A stretch of 35,734 bases of DNA from a virus. Taxonomy: Duplodnaviria; Caudoviricetes. The translations under genes were made by a program, and so were the position numbers. Shown here piece after piece: positions 26,701-35,643 of the stretch. Position 1 is the first letter of the stretch. Every line of letters begins with the position of its first letter. Location: IMG/VR virus record IMGVR_UViG_3300002092_000108, positions 1 to 35,734 of that record; one strand, given 5' to 3'. The notes under the pieces are model-generated. The model did not search any database. It was not told where the DNA came from and was given only the letters and a program-made list of their open reading frames with translations.

Positions 26701-29444
26701 GGTTTACTAATGGTGAATATAGAGGATTCCACGATACTTCTTCTAAGTATAAATCTTACCTAGATGCTGAAAGACAAGCAGGACTTAAACCTCTTTATGA
26801 TAATCCAGCAGATGCAATTAAGACTTACCGAGAAACAGGTTCAAGATCATTGAGAAATCAAGCTTTATTCACAGCACTTTCAAAAGCAGCCCCTATGGAC
26901 GTTGCTGATCTAGGTATTACTCATGACTCAGAAGGTAGACGTTTCTCTCAGGCAGCAGGGAACTTACCGTTCTCAGTAACGGATGACCTACAGAACCGAC
27001 TTAAAGCATTCAGACAAGCATATAAACCTGAGACAAAAGCTGGACAACTAGCATTACAAGCAGGTGAAAAAGTAGGTATCGCTTCTAAGGGTATGACGTT
27101 CTTACTATCTCCTGTTCACTATGCTAACGTAGGAACTAACTTCTTCGGTGCAACAGGAATTACAGGGCATGGCTTTACTCTTGTAAAAGGTTTCGGAGGT
27201 GGTATAGTCTCAATCTCTAATAAGGGATATGGAATGATGCTTGATCACTACAAAGCTAATGGAACTCTAGACTGGGCTAATAACGCAGGGCTTAAGTTAA
27301 GTGGTCATGGTGCATTAGGACGATACACTGATTCTCTAGGACTATCTCTAGCAGACTTAGCACGAAGTAAAGGGATAGACTCAACTTCTCAAGGTGGTGT
27401 AGATCTAGCAGCCGAATATAACAAAGTAATGGGTCATAAAAACTACACAGTAGAAGGGACTAGCCCTAATACTCTCGCTATAGGGCGTAATACTCTCTTG
27501 GCTCAGAACTGGACACCTTCACAATTAGCAATCTTAAAAGATGCAGGTATTAAGTGGGAAAAGAACTCTAGAGGTATTGGACTTCTTAACCCAGGAGACA
27601 CAGCTAGAAGTGCAGTCTTTGGAAAGAGATTAACTGAAGCAACAGCAGCTATTATCCTTTCAGCTATTGCTACAGGACAAGCACCTCATCTTAAAGACTT
27701 AATTAACGAAGCGGGGCTAAATCCTAACAACCCAGTTCCAAATATTCAAACTAATTCAAAAGATTCTAAAGGTAGGAAGTGGGTAATTGATATGCCTACT
27801 GATCCTATTGGTTTAGCAGCAGGACTTGTAACAGACCCTAAGCATTTCTTACAGTCAAGAGAAAGTCCTATTTTAGGAACAGCTACACGTTTAATAACTA
27901 ATCAGAACTGGAATGGACAACAAATAGCAGATATGTCTCAACCTGGTGCATGGCCTAAGAGAATAGAAGGTTCAGTTAAAGGGATGCTTCCTATTTCACT
28001 TCAGAATGCTACTAATCCTAGTTTAAGTATTAAACAGGGTCTTCTTCAAGATGTAGGCTTCCGTTATAAGTCAGATCCTAACGATCCTCAAAACGTGGCT
28101 ACTAAACAACACTTTGATGACCAAAAAACATATGAAGATTTAATTAAGTCAGGCAAGTGGAGTCAAATCCCTGGTAGTAATCTTCAAGATGTTTCACCAC
28201 AAGAGGGACTTAGAATATTTAATGATCAATACTCAAGAGCTAATGTTGCATCAACTAAAGATATAAATGGCAACACGATTCCTGGCGACTGGAATGCACT
28301 TAGTAACGAAATAAAAGCTGCAACATATTTACAAAATGACCAAAAGACTGGCAAGCAAACATTATCTCCTACATTTTTCGCTGCCCAAGCATTATCTAAT
28401 TCACAACCTAATAGACCTCATAGTCCACTATTCGATTTACAAGGAAGTGGTGTTGGTTTCACGCTAGATGATAAAGGCAACATTATTGGAACTAAAGATT
28501 TACCTAAAGCTCAGGTTGCAATAGCTTATTCAAATATGCCACCCGGCGACCCACAAAGATATTTAGTTGAACAAGCTAATCCATGGATGAAAGATTACTC
28601 TAAAGCTATGGGTGATTATTCTAATAACTATCAACAGAATATGACTAACTACATGCAAAATGAAGGCTGGAATGAAAGCGCTATAAATCAATACTGGCAA
28701 AAGCATCCATCTTCGACATCTCCAATAGCTTATCCTCAGATACCTCAGTCTACTACCGATATTATGAACAACTATGATTCTATTACCGACCCAACTGCTA
28801 AAGCTGAATATTTTGTAAACAATAAAGACGCTTTAACTCCAGCATTTAATGCAATAGCTAAATACCAAAATCAATCAAGAACTGCTAAAGGTGATTTACC
28901 GCTTCAGACTTATCCTGAAGCAACACCAGAAGTAGCAGGACTATTGGCACAATTACAAAAGAATCCAAATCACGACAAATCAATAAGTGCCGCCAACTCA
29001 ATTTTGATTAAAAATAACCCAGTATTAAATCAATACTTAGCCGACATAGGAGTTTATGGTACAACTAAAGACTTATCTAAGTATCTATATCAAAATCCAT
29101 CTTATCCTGGTATGACTCAAGGTCAATTACTAAACAATGGAGATAACCTTGCTCAATCAACACTTAAAGGCATATCAAACCTTGCTAGTTATGACATTGG
29201 CAAGAATGCTAATGGTCAGTATTCATTCATGCAAAACGGATCACTAGGTAATGGTTATAGCTCATCATCAGGTAGTGGTTCAACCAAACACAAAAAGATA
29301 TACATGAAGACTAAACGAATTAAAATCCGCAAAGCTCATATACGACCACCACACATAAGACCAGTATATGCTCAGAATAAGACTTACAAAGGGCCACTCA
29401 AAATATCTCGACCTAATAAGGTCAACGAGCAACAGTTGGCGTAA
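23703..29444 (+). CDS. Giant putative ejection/polyvalent virion protein (1913 aa)
   Basis: Gly/Ala-rich membrane-like N-terminal region, modular centre, basic C-terminus. Confidence 0.7.
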   Translation: MGLFDSLGNWFKKELDIGQPASAPAPQPSASSHPQSLPGLSVQPLQNQPSFNIAPPPSPNPITVAPPSPTPQAPPVHTNFFNPFFHQLNQAANGAVSDLKDIGDLGALGVANLTNNQQAANNARNAIGNNNANLDTKNFATNLGGLSQDVLVTPAAKAYINTGAGIATGIVNGLTGQNQTSQEAIGGGPLGGITNWASNNGTANEGTARNLASNAINTGINLLTLGKGKAIDQAAEGLIGNYIPQLAESGLGRAAQRLGGSEAVAGLYGAGMGASQAAQSANNIKEVGTDIGKGTLQNLPFGILGVLPNAAHGLVNTANKVADSTPAIINQTRQLVADQGGHIGFNNVADNHPAVIQLNDHLDTLNKLRDNMTQNGLDERNPAMVNNAKAYQATLDELNNTRNAITQGGYVKVRGTPEPTPEAPQVGVINEIKQAFGNRKLTDKQLYGDSMIKSTYKGKPITTNAFMLEFSDVPYKEGFGKVTKAIDKKSAPIMEKVLAGKDNPQTQLTPVSKSDQFVNLTGGNNSVVLKGKYVTHMYQKYGNDITFHSDNPLDPVFVRKNGENVGIIMPVKENAKNNINFKPLQTAQEIPTPAPQVGKNVNQPTSTPVNTSNNPNSFKVAERDGTQQQVDFKTSRSGKQTVERSMVNPEGNYFIESMPLDKATKKFGTSDPETIANLLVDGEFNPQSEQWEAKGRTVNNEQPTTTESNVTERKGYNVYTNKDGSQTYIPKAENNRQTTTPAPQVGKTPQVEPPVTKPEHSIIVSETKPMPDGSKIVIKAGRDPNTGMTIKWEERVDKNTDKAINISKSKTGDDLSNPQNYADTFGVTKQQAEKDFKQMREEDLTPPNNLINNEPPKLTVQQKREIIQENPYQQTKNQVELNPQEGNVKGAIAQATGKAAERDRRLLDAEKLVNKLTPEDKELLYRYDDGEKLSNVLKDAKEPAKLEQAIKANDDAFDYHLSLDRAAGGATLRQNNYTFPKFFQLPEEKMDELGIPENQRFTNGEYRGFHDTSSKYKSYLDAERQAGLKPLYDNPADAIKTYRETGSRSLRNQALFTALSKAAPMDVADLGITHDSEGRRFSQAAGNLPFSVTDDLQNRLKAFRQAYKPETKAGQLALQAGEKVGIASKGMTFLLSPVHYANVGTNFFGATGITGHGFTLVKGFGGGIVSISNKGYGMMLDHYKANGTLDWANNAGLKLSGHGALGRYTDSLGLSLADLARSKGIDSTSQGGVDLAAEYNKVMGHKNYTVEGTSPNTLAIGRNTLLAQNWTPSQLAILKDAGIKWEKNSRGIGLLNPGDTARSAVFGKRLTEATAAIILSAIATGQAPHLKDLINEAGLNPNNPVPNIQTNSKDSKGRKWVIDMPTDPIGLAAGLVTDPKHFLQSRESPILGTATRLITNQNWNGQQIADMSQPGAWPKRIEGSVKGMLPISLQNATNPSLSIKQGLLQDVGFRYKSDPNDPQNVATKQHFDDQKTYEDLIKSGKWSQIPGSNLQDVSPQEGLRIFNDQYSRANVASTKDINGNTIPGDWNALSNEIKAATYLQNDQKTGKQTLSPTFFAAQALSNSQPNRPHSPLFDLQGSGVGFTLDDKGNIIGTKDLPKAQVAIAYSNMPPGDPQRYLVEQANPWMKDYSKAMGDYSNNYQQNMTNYMQNEGWNESAINQYWQKHPSSTSPIAYPQIPQSTTDIMNNYDSITDPTAKAEYFVNNKDALTPAFNAIAKYQNQSRTAKGDLPLQTYPEATPEVAGLLAQLQKNPNHDKSISAANSILIKNNPVLNQYLADIGVYGTTKDLSKYLYQNPSYPGMTQGQLLNNGDNLAQSTLKGISNLASYDIGKNANGQYSFMQNGSLGNGYSSSSGSGSTKHKKIYMKTKRIKIRKAHIRPPHIRPVYAQNKTYKGPLKISRPNKVNEQQLA
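24969..25944 (+). repeat. Three intragenic direct repeats GCCCCACAAGTAGG (APQVG)
   Basis: 24969-24982, 25482-25495, 25926-25939; copies 2 and 3 match at 26/27 nt. Confidence 0.85.
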
Positions 29445-29457
29445 GTCAATATAGATA

Positions 29458-29521
29458 TGATATAATGTAGTCTAGGTTACTGAATACCAAATCAATACCT
29501 CTGCATTAGCAGGGGTTTTTT
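29458..29521 (+). promoter_or_regulatory. Late promoter plus UAC/AU hairpin and overlapping terminator (copy 2)
   Basis: TGaTATAAT 29458-29466; AGGT-TAC-TGA-8 nt-TCA-AT-ACCT 29474-29500; terminator 29497-29521. Confidence 0.72.
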
Positions 29522-29541
29522 ATTTTAAAAAGGAAAACAAA

Positions 29542-30264
29542 ATGGCAGTTGCATCATATACACTTCAAACAATCCAAGACCGAATACATGTCTTAGTTGA
29601 AAACGACCCTAACACACCACCATCAACTGATGATGAATGGGCTGTACGATACCAGCTTATAAGACAGGCTGTAAACAACTGGGAATCTGAAGATGTAAAC
29701 TGGAACGAATTATGGTCAAGATATACTATGACTGCTACTGTTACAGCCGGACAGACTTCTTATTCATTACTTACTGAACTACCAGACTTTAACCAAGTTG
29801 GTTCTTTTGTTAAGTTTATTACTCCCGGAACTAATAGCTACTCTTATGTAGAAGTCGTTAACCCTGCCGATATGACTAAGTACCAAGACAACTCTATTAA
29901 AGTATTCTTTACTGGTGATACAGGAAACGGATATACATTGAACTTAGGCTGGACTCCAGTAGCAGGTGATGCATTCGTTGGTTCGCAAATATCATTCATG
30001 TACTACAAGAGTGCATCTAACCCTGCTTCTGTTGCCGATGTTACTTGGTCACCACAGATGAGTAACCCTGATTACATTACTTTCTGGGCTGCAGCACAAA
30101 AGCATTTAATGGATGGCAATACTAATCAGTACAGTGTATTTTCTGGACTTGCTCAAGAAAACATGGACAAGATGAAAACATTTAACGAAGTCCGACCAAT
30201 CAACTCTGACATGCGCATGGATGATGTTGAACTTATTAAAGATAATAGTTCGTTCGGAGCTTAA
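29542..30264 (+). CDS. Head-tail adaptor-like protein
   Basis: Helix-beta-helix layout, LPDF motif, position before the nozzle. Confidence 0.65.
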   Translation: MAVASYTLQTIQDRIHVLVENDPNTPPSTDDEWAVRYQLIRQAVNNWESEDVNWNELWSRYTMTATVTAGQTSYSLLTELPDFNQVGSFVKFITPGTNSYSYVEVVNPADMTKYQDNSIKVFFTGDTGNGYTLNLGWTPVAGDAFVGSQISFMYYKSASNPASVADVTWSPQMSNPDYITFWAAAQKHLMDGNTNQYSVFSGLAQENMDKMKTFNEVRPINSDMRMDDVELIKDNSSFGA

Positions 30265-30267
30265 ACC

Positions 30268-32280
30268 ATGCCTGTACGATCTGCTCCCACACTCAAAGGT
30301 AGCGATGGCAAACCTTTTACTATCACCATAAATGAATTTAAGGGTGGTAACATTACACTTCTTGATGAATCAAGACTACCTAATACTGCTGTAACAATAT
30401 CTCAGAACATGATGCTAGACCAAGATGGTGTATGGCGTACTAGAGATGGTTCAAAAAGCTATGGTAAGACACTTGTTGGTCCAATAGAGGGCTTATCTGA
30501 TACTGTTGTTGTTTACAATTCTGACGGAACTAATACCAACTATGTTTTCGTAATGGACAATGGTTCTGTTAAATACTCACAAGATGGTGGAACATGGACT
30601 ACTATTGCTGGAAGAACATGGACAACAGGCTATACAACTACATTTAAGCAAATAGCATCAAGGCTTTATGTTACGAATGGTAAGGAAACTCTGTCTTATA
30701 TAGACCTTACTACAATGTACATTAAGATATATACTCCTCTATCTACTCCATCAGCACCAACATTGGCTAAGACAGGATTAGCTGGAAGCACCTATACTTA
30801 TTATTATAAGATTACTGCTGTAAATAATCAGATTGGTGAAACTGCCGCTTCCGCTGAAGCAAATATTGCTGTAGGTAAGCAAAGAATAATGATAAGTTCA
30901 ACTACTGCTAACTGGACTAGTGGTACAGACTCTGTAACATTAAGTTGGCCAGCCGTAACTAATGCTGATTCATATAACATATATATTTCAGACCAAACAG
31001 GACAGGAAGTTTATTTAGATTCAGTCAATAATACAAACTTGAGTTATACAGATACAGGCACACAATTACCAAATATTTACCAAGTCGCTCCTCCTACTGA
31101 CGGAACTTCCGGTCCAACAATATCTCAAACAGAATTATCTGGTAACAGAATATGGGGTACTGGTGATTCAGCCAATCCTTACCGAATAGTATGGACAGGA
31201 ACAGGCCAATACTTAGGTTCATTCAACCCTTACTTTGGTGGAGGTTATATTGATTTAGAAAAAGGTGGTGCTGAACATCCAGTAAGCGTCAAACACTTTA
31301 GAGATGGTAAAGGAAACGCTGTTGCAGTAGTCCTAACTTCTAATCCATCTGGAGGTGGTTCAAGGTGGTTTATTACTCTCACAACTCTCACAGTCGATAG
31401 TTTATCTATAGTTGTACCTCAAGCTACTAAAGAAGGTAACATTGGTACAGCATCACCTAGAGGTGTAGTAGTAGCTAATAACAATGTTTACTATCCATCA
31501 GTAAAAGGCTTCCAAAGCTTAGGTTCAACTCAGAACATACTTAACGTACTTCAAACTACTGAGATATCTGCTAACATCCGACCTACAGTCAGAAACTTAA
31601 CTAACTCAGCTATGAGTAAGATATGTGGCTTCTATTACTATGGTCGTATTTATTGGTCAGTACCTTATGGATCAACAACTAATAACCAAACTTGGGTACT
31701 AGACTTAGAACGTGGGGCATGGTGTCAGTACTGGAGCATTGGAGTAAAGCAATTTGCTGAATATACTGATTCATCTGGAACAATCCACTTACTTGCCATA
31801 CCTGTAACCGGAACTAACTTAATAGAGTTTAGTTCAACATATCAAGGTGATTCAGGTATACCATTTAACATAGACTTGGAATCAGGTTTAATTTCATGGG
31901 ATAAAGACCATTCACTATGGGCTAGAGTCGATAAAGTATATGTAGAACTTGGACACCCTAAGGGCAATATTAACTTTGCTATCTCAGGAACTCAAAAGAG
32001 TAAATCACTTGCACTACTTAAATCAATCAGTATTACAGATACTATTAGTACATCTGGAGTTGGTTCTGACTTAGTTGGTGACTTTATTATTGGTGATACC
32101 GGTGGCATCCCAGTTACTTACTCACAGTCTAGTGTTAAGAAAAGACTATTAGTCCGAAAGAGACTTAATAATATGAAATGGACACTTACTTCATCAGACA
32201 TCAATGCATCATTTACACTTCTCGAAGTTGTTATTAAGGGCAAAATCTTACCAACATCGGATCCGAGTCTTTGGAAGTGA
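30268..32280 (+). CDS. Tail nozzle/stabilisation protein (beta-propeller, P22 gp10-like position)
   Basis: FKGG...N..LDQDG...R.G N-terminus; beta-rich; FN3-like insert YYYKITAVN. Confidence 0.72.
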   Translation: MPVRSAPTLKGSDGKPFTITINEFKGGNITLLDESRLPNTAVTISQNMMLDQDGVWRTRDGSKSYGKTLVGPIEGLSDTVVVYNSDGTNTNYVFVMDNGSVKYSQDGGTWTTIAGRTWTTGYTTTFKQIASRLYVTNGKETLSYIDLTTMYIKIYTPLSTPSAPTLAKTGLAGSTYTYYYKITAVNNQIGETAASAEANIAVGKQRIMISSTTANWTSGTDSVTLSWPAVTNADSYNIYISDQTGQEVYLDSVNNTNLSYTDTGTQLPNIYQVAPPTDGTSGPTISQTELSGNRIWGTGDSANPYRIVWTGTGQYLGSFNPYFGGGYIDLEKGGAEHPVSVKHFRDGKGNAVAVVLTSNPSGGGSRWFITLTTLTVDSLSIVVPQATKEGNIGTASPRGVVVANNNVYYPSVKGFQSLGSTQNILNVLQTTEISANIRPTVRNLTNSAMSKICGFYYYGRIYWSVPYGSTTNNQTWVLDLERGAWCQYWSIGVKQFAEYTDSSGTIHLLAIPVTGTNLIEFSSTYQGDSGIPFNIDLESGLISWDKDHSLWARVDKVYVELGHPKGNINFAISGTQKSKSLALLKSISITDTISTSGVGSDLVGDFIIGDTGGIPVTYSQSSVKKRLLVRKRLNNMKWTLTSSDINASFTLLEVVIKGKILPTSDPSLWK

Positions 32281-32284
32281 TAGT

Positions 32285-32384
32285 TTGTCACTAACACAAC
32301 TTATGATATAATGACATTAATACGGCTAACGCTGTAGGTTACTGACGAACAAGTCAATACCACCTTGAAAGAGGTGGTTTTTTT
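32285..32384 (+). promoter_or_regulatory. Late promoter plus UAC/AU hairpin and overlapping terminator (copy 3)
   Basis: TTGTCA-16 nt-TATAAT; GGT-TAC-TGAC-6 nt-GTCA-AT-ACC 32337-32361; terminator 32359-32384. Confidence 0.72.
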
Positions 32385-32409
32385 ATTTCAAAAATAAAGG
32401 GATTACATT

Positions 32410-34272
32410 ATGGCAGCATCTGCAACAGATCTATTTAGAAAAATTACTAACAACTTTAGTACAACATTAACTTCAAGCATTGGCTCAGGTGATGTAACAC
32501 TATCACTAGCGAGTGTAACTAACTTACCAACTGACACAGCAATTGATTTAGTAATCGATAGAGTAGATTCAACAGGTACAAAGACTCCAACTAAAAGAGA
32601 ATATGTACTAGGTGTTGTATCTGGTTCAAACCTTATTAGCGTAGTTCGTGGAAAAGGTAACTCAACAGCACAAGCTCATGCATCAGGTGCGGTAGTTGAA
32701 TATGTTTTTGACCAAGATGTACACAATGACTTAGTAACAGGTGTACGAAACTCAATGAATCAAGATGGTTCACTTATTGGTTCTGCTGTACGAACAGCTT
32801 TAAATCAAACTGCAGCAACAGGTGCAGGATGGACAACTCTTGGCTATACACCTAATACAGTAGTCTACAATGGCAACCGCTCTTATACTTGTACAATTAA
32901 CGCTATAGATGCTACAGGAACACTCTCTCCTGGTATGCGTATTCAAACTACTAGAACAGTAGCAGCCCCAACCCAATCTACTTCCCTTAATGGTACTACT
33001 CAGTATTACTCTAAATCTTCACCAGCAGGAATGACCTTCACTAATAACTTTGTAGTAAGTGCTTGGGTGAAATTAACGAGTTATGCTACGAGTGGCAACA
33101 ATACTACCATTGCGTCTCGCTATAATGGCACAAGTGGCTGGCGTCTTAATCTAGACTCCAACGGACAGATTTATCTTCAAGGATTCAATGCTGGATCTGC
33201 TAACTTTAGCTATGTTAGGAGCTACCAGTCCGCACCACTTAATAAATGGGTTCATATTACAGCTCAGTTAGATATGTCTACATTTACGGCTACGACTACC
33301 ACGAGCTATATCATGATTGATGGTGTCGATATTCCATGTTTAGTCCAGCGTGGGGGTACTAACCCAACTGCTCTAATTCAAGCTGGTAACTTAGAAATTG
33401 GTTCAGCAAATGCCATCGACTTCTTCTCTGGCAAAATAGCTCAAGTAGCTATCTACAACGCTAAAGTAACTCAAGCTAATATTGTTGCTACAATTTCTCA
33501 AGGTCTTTCAGGCTCAGAAACATCTCTCATCTCTGCCTACTCTTTCAACAACTCTATAAACGACCTTAACACTACCAATGCTAACAACCTTACAGCTAAT
33601 AATGGTGCAGTAGCTACAGCGTCAGATACACCATTTACGACTACACAGGCTTTAACTGGTTATACAGTAGGCACAACTAACTTTGCAGAAGTAATATCGA
33701 TATCATATTCAACTAATACAACTTTAGTAGTTAAAGCTTCTGAAAGTGATACTTTGCCTACCACTGGTGGAATAAATGCTTTGTCATATTCGGCTCAATA
33801 CGAACCTTTTGCTTATCCTAATCAAGATTCTTTAAAAACTACAGCAATTTATAATCCTTATAAGTTTAGTGTATACGCTAATGCAAATCAAACAATTGTT
33901 ACAAACACTAATACTAAAATAAACTTAAATGCAAAAACTTTTGACACTAGTAATAATTTTGATACAACAACTAATTATCGTTTTACAGCTCCAGTTCCTG
34001 GTTTTTATTATTTCACAGCTTGTGTTTATATAACTGCTACTACTTCTTATATTATTCCTTTTTTATATAAAAATAATCTAAACGTATTACAAGGAACTAC
34101 AAATTATGGTGCGGCTGGACAAGATCAGCAAGTTACAGTAACAGGATTATTGCAATTAACTGCAAATGATTACGTTGAATTATTTGTTGTTCAATATAGT
34201 GGAAGCAACAAAACTACTTTAGGTTCATCATATGTTACATATATGCATGGTTATTTAGTGAGTGCCACATAG
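32410..34272 (+). CDS. Tail fibre/receptor-binding protein with LamG-like and C1q-like domains
   Basis: LamG motifs FVVSAWVK, KWVHI and FSGKIAQVAIYN; C1q motifs FD..NNFD...RFTAPVPGFYYF and L.ANDYVEL. Confidence 0.85.
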   Translation: MAASATDLFRKITNNFSTTLTSSIGSGDVTLSLASVTNLPTDTAIDLVIDRVDSTGTKTPTKREYVLGVVSGSNLISVVRGKGNSTAQAHASGAVVEYVFDQDVHNDLVTGVRNSMNQDGSLIGSAVRTALNQTAATGAGWTTLGYTPNTVVYNGNRSYTCTINAIDATGTLSPGMRIQTTRTVAAPTQSTSLNGTTQYYSKSSPAGMTFTNNFVVSAWVKLTSYATSGNNTTIASRYNGTSGWRLNLDSNGQIYLQGFNAGSANFSYVRSYQSAPLNKWVHITAQLDMSTFTATTTTSYIMIDGVDIPCLVQRGGTNPTALIQAGNLEIGSANAIDFFSGKIAQVAIYNAKVTQANIVATISQGLSGSETSLISAYSFNNSINDLNTTNANNLTANNGAVATASDTPFTTTQALTGYTVGTTNFAEVISISYSTNTTLVVKASESDTLPTTGGINALSYSAQYEPFAYPNQDSLKTTAIYNPYKFSVYANANQTIVTNTNTKINLNAKTFDTSNNFDTTTNYRFTAPVPGFYYFTACVYITATTSYIIPFLYKNNLNVLQGTTNYGAAGQDQQVTVTGLLQLTANDYVELFVVQYSGSNKTTLGSSYVTYMHGYLVSAT

Positions 34273-34284
34273 GAATTAAATAAT

Positions 34285-34506
34285 ATGACAAAACAAGAAA
34301 CTGAAAGACTCGCAATTGTGGAAACAAACCAAAATAACATGTCAAACGATATGCAGGAAATGAAAAACGATATCAAAGAGATTAAAAGATTGCTTACTCA
34401 TGCTGATGATAAATATATATCTAAGCACTTCAGCAAATGGGTAGTTGGAGTCAGCATCAGTATTGGAACACTAATAGCTTTCATCTGGACTGCTTTAAGG
34501 AAATAA
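34285..34506 (+). CDS. Coiled-coil plus C-terminal TM protein (XhlA/holin-like)
   Basis: ERLAIVET coiled coil with one TM; lysis module. Confidence 0.65.
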   Translation: MTKQETERLAIVETNQNNMSNDMQEMKNDIKEIKRLLTHADDKYISKHFSKWVVGVSISIGTLIAFIWTALRK

Positions 34507-34507
34507 T

Positions 34508-34759
34508 ATGTCTAAAAATATACAGTCAATGCTATTTTCTAAAGCATCAATAGCAGTACATAGTATATGGTTTTTTATCTGGCTAGTATTTCAGTTAAAC
34601 ATTAACTTGCTGACCTTAATAGTTTCTCTTGAAGCTATATACATCACTCTTTTTATAGGACTTGAACAACGCAATTTACATCAGGTTATGAAATCTCATA
34701 AGCCTGTAATGTCAAAGCTTGTTCGAGATATTAACAAGGTTATTAAAAGTAATAAGTAA
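34508..34759 (+). CDS. DUF1003-like membrane protein
   Basis: H.IWF.IW...LLTLIVSLEAIY.T.FI...Q pattern. Confidence 0.7.
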   Translation: MSKNIQSMLFSKASIAVHSIWFFIWLVFQLNINLLTLIVSLEAIYITLFIGLEQRNLHQVMKSHKPVMSKLVRDINKVIKSNK

Positions 34760-34769
34760 GGAGTTATGT

Positions 34770-35447
34770 ATGCAATATCAAGACTTTAAGAATGAGTGGA
34801 CTGGCAAGCGAGTAGATTACGACCATGTATATGGTTTCCAATGTGTCGATCTAATACTTGAGTATGTTAAAGAATGTTATGGATTGGCATCTGGCGTATG
34901 GGGCAATGCAATAGACTACTGGAATCACACTTCAGCACCATTACTAACTAAGTTCGACTTAGTACAAGGTTCACAAACTCAGCAAGGTGACATTGTTGTA
35001 CTTAATGGACTAGCCGGAAATCCTTATGGACATATAGGTATCGCAGATCACCAAGATGGTTCAGGTATCTGGTTATTAGAACAGAACGCTACAGGTTCAG
35101 GTGATGGACTAGGAAGAAGTGCTATTGGTGTATACCGAGCAATTCCTACTAATCGAGTAGCAGGAATCTTACGACCTAAGTCATCACCAACACCTCCACC
35201 AGCCCCAGCACCAGCAAGAGCGGAAGTAACTCTACCTGGTTCAGCACAAAGCTGGAGACTATACCGAGTAGGTTCAGGACTTCGACCAAATACTTCAGAC
35301 CAAATAGCTGTACTAGCACCACATCAATTCGGTGGACTTACTTACAAGATAGAAGCTTGGGTAGGAGATTACGCTGTAGTAATTCAAACTCAAATGTTTG
35401 GTCGAGGTGTTATATGGGTCAAGAATACAGAAGCAATAATTAATTAA
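34770..35447 (+). CDS. CHAP-domain endolysin
   Basis: QCVDL, GNAIDYW, YGHIGI and EQN; Pro linker and C-terminal putative binding domain; AAGGAG SD. Confidence 0.9.
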   Translation: MQYQDFKNEWTGKRVDYDHVYGFQCVDLILEYVKECYGLASGVWGNAIDYWNHTSAPLLTKFDLVQGSQTQQGDIVVLNGLAGNPYGHIGIADHQDGSGIWLLEQNATGSGDGLGRSAIGVYRAIPTNRVAGILRPKSSPTPPPAPAPARAEVTLPGSAQSWRLYRVGSGLRPNTSDQIAVLAPHQFGGLTYKIEAWVGDYAVVIQTQMFGRGVIWVKNTEAIIN

Positions 35448-35458
35448 AGGAGAAAGAG

Positions 35459-35632
35459 ATGCCAAAGGTAAGTAAAAGAATATTAGCAATCATGGACCCA
35501 GAAGAAAAAACTGAATCTATGAAAGAACGCAGAGCAGAAAAGAAAAACCCAGCAATGGAAGCAAAAGAAAAAAAACCAATGCAAAAGAAAAATTCTAATT
35601 TGATTAAAAAAATTATTAAAATTAACAAGTAG
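35459..35632 (+). CDS. Lys/Glu-rich small protein, 57 aa
   Basis: Manual ORF MPKVSKRILAIMDPEEK...; AAGGAG SD. Confidence 0.6.
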   Translation: MPKVSKRILAIMDPEEKTESMKERRAEKKNPAMEAKEKKPMQKKNSNLIKKIIKINK

Positions 35633-35643
35633 ATGGATAAGTT

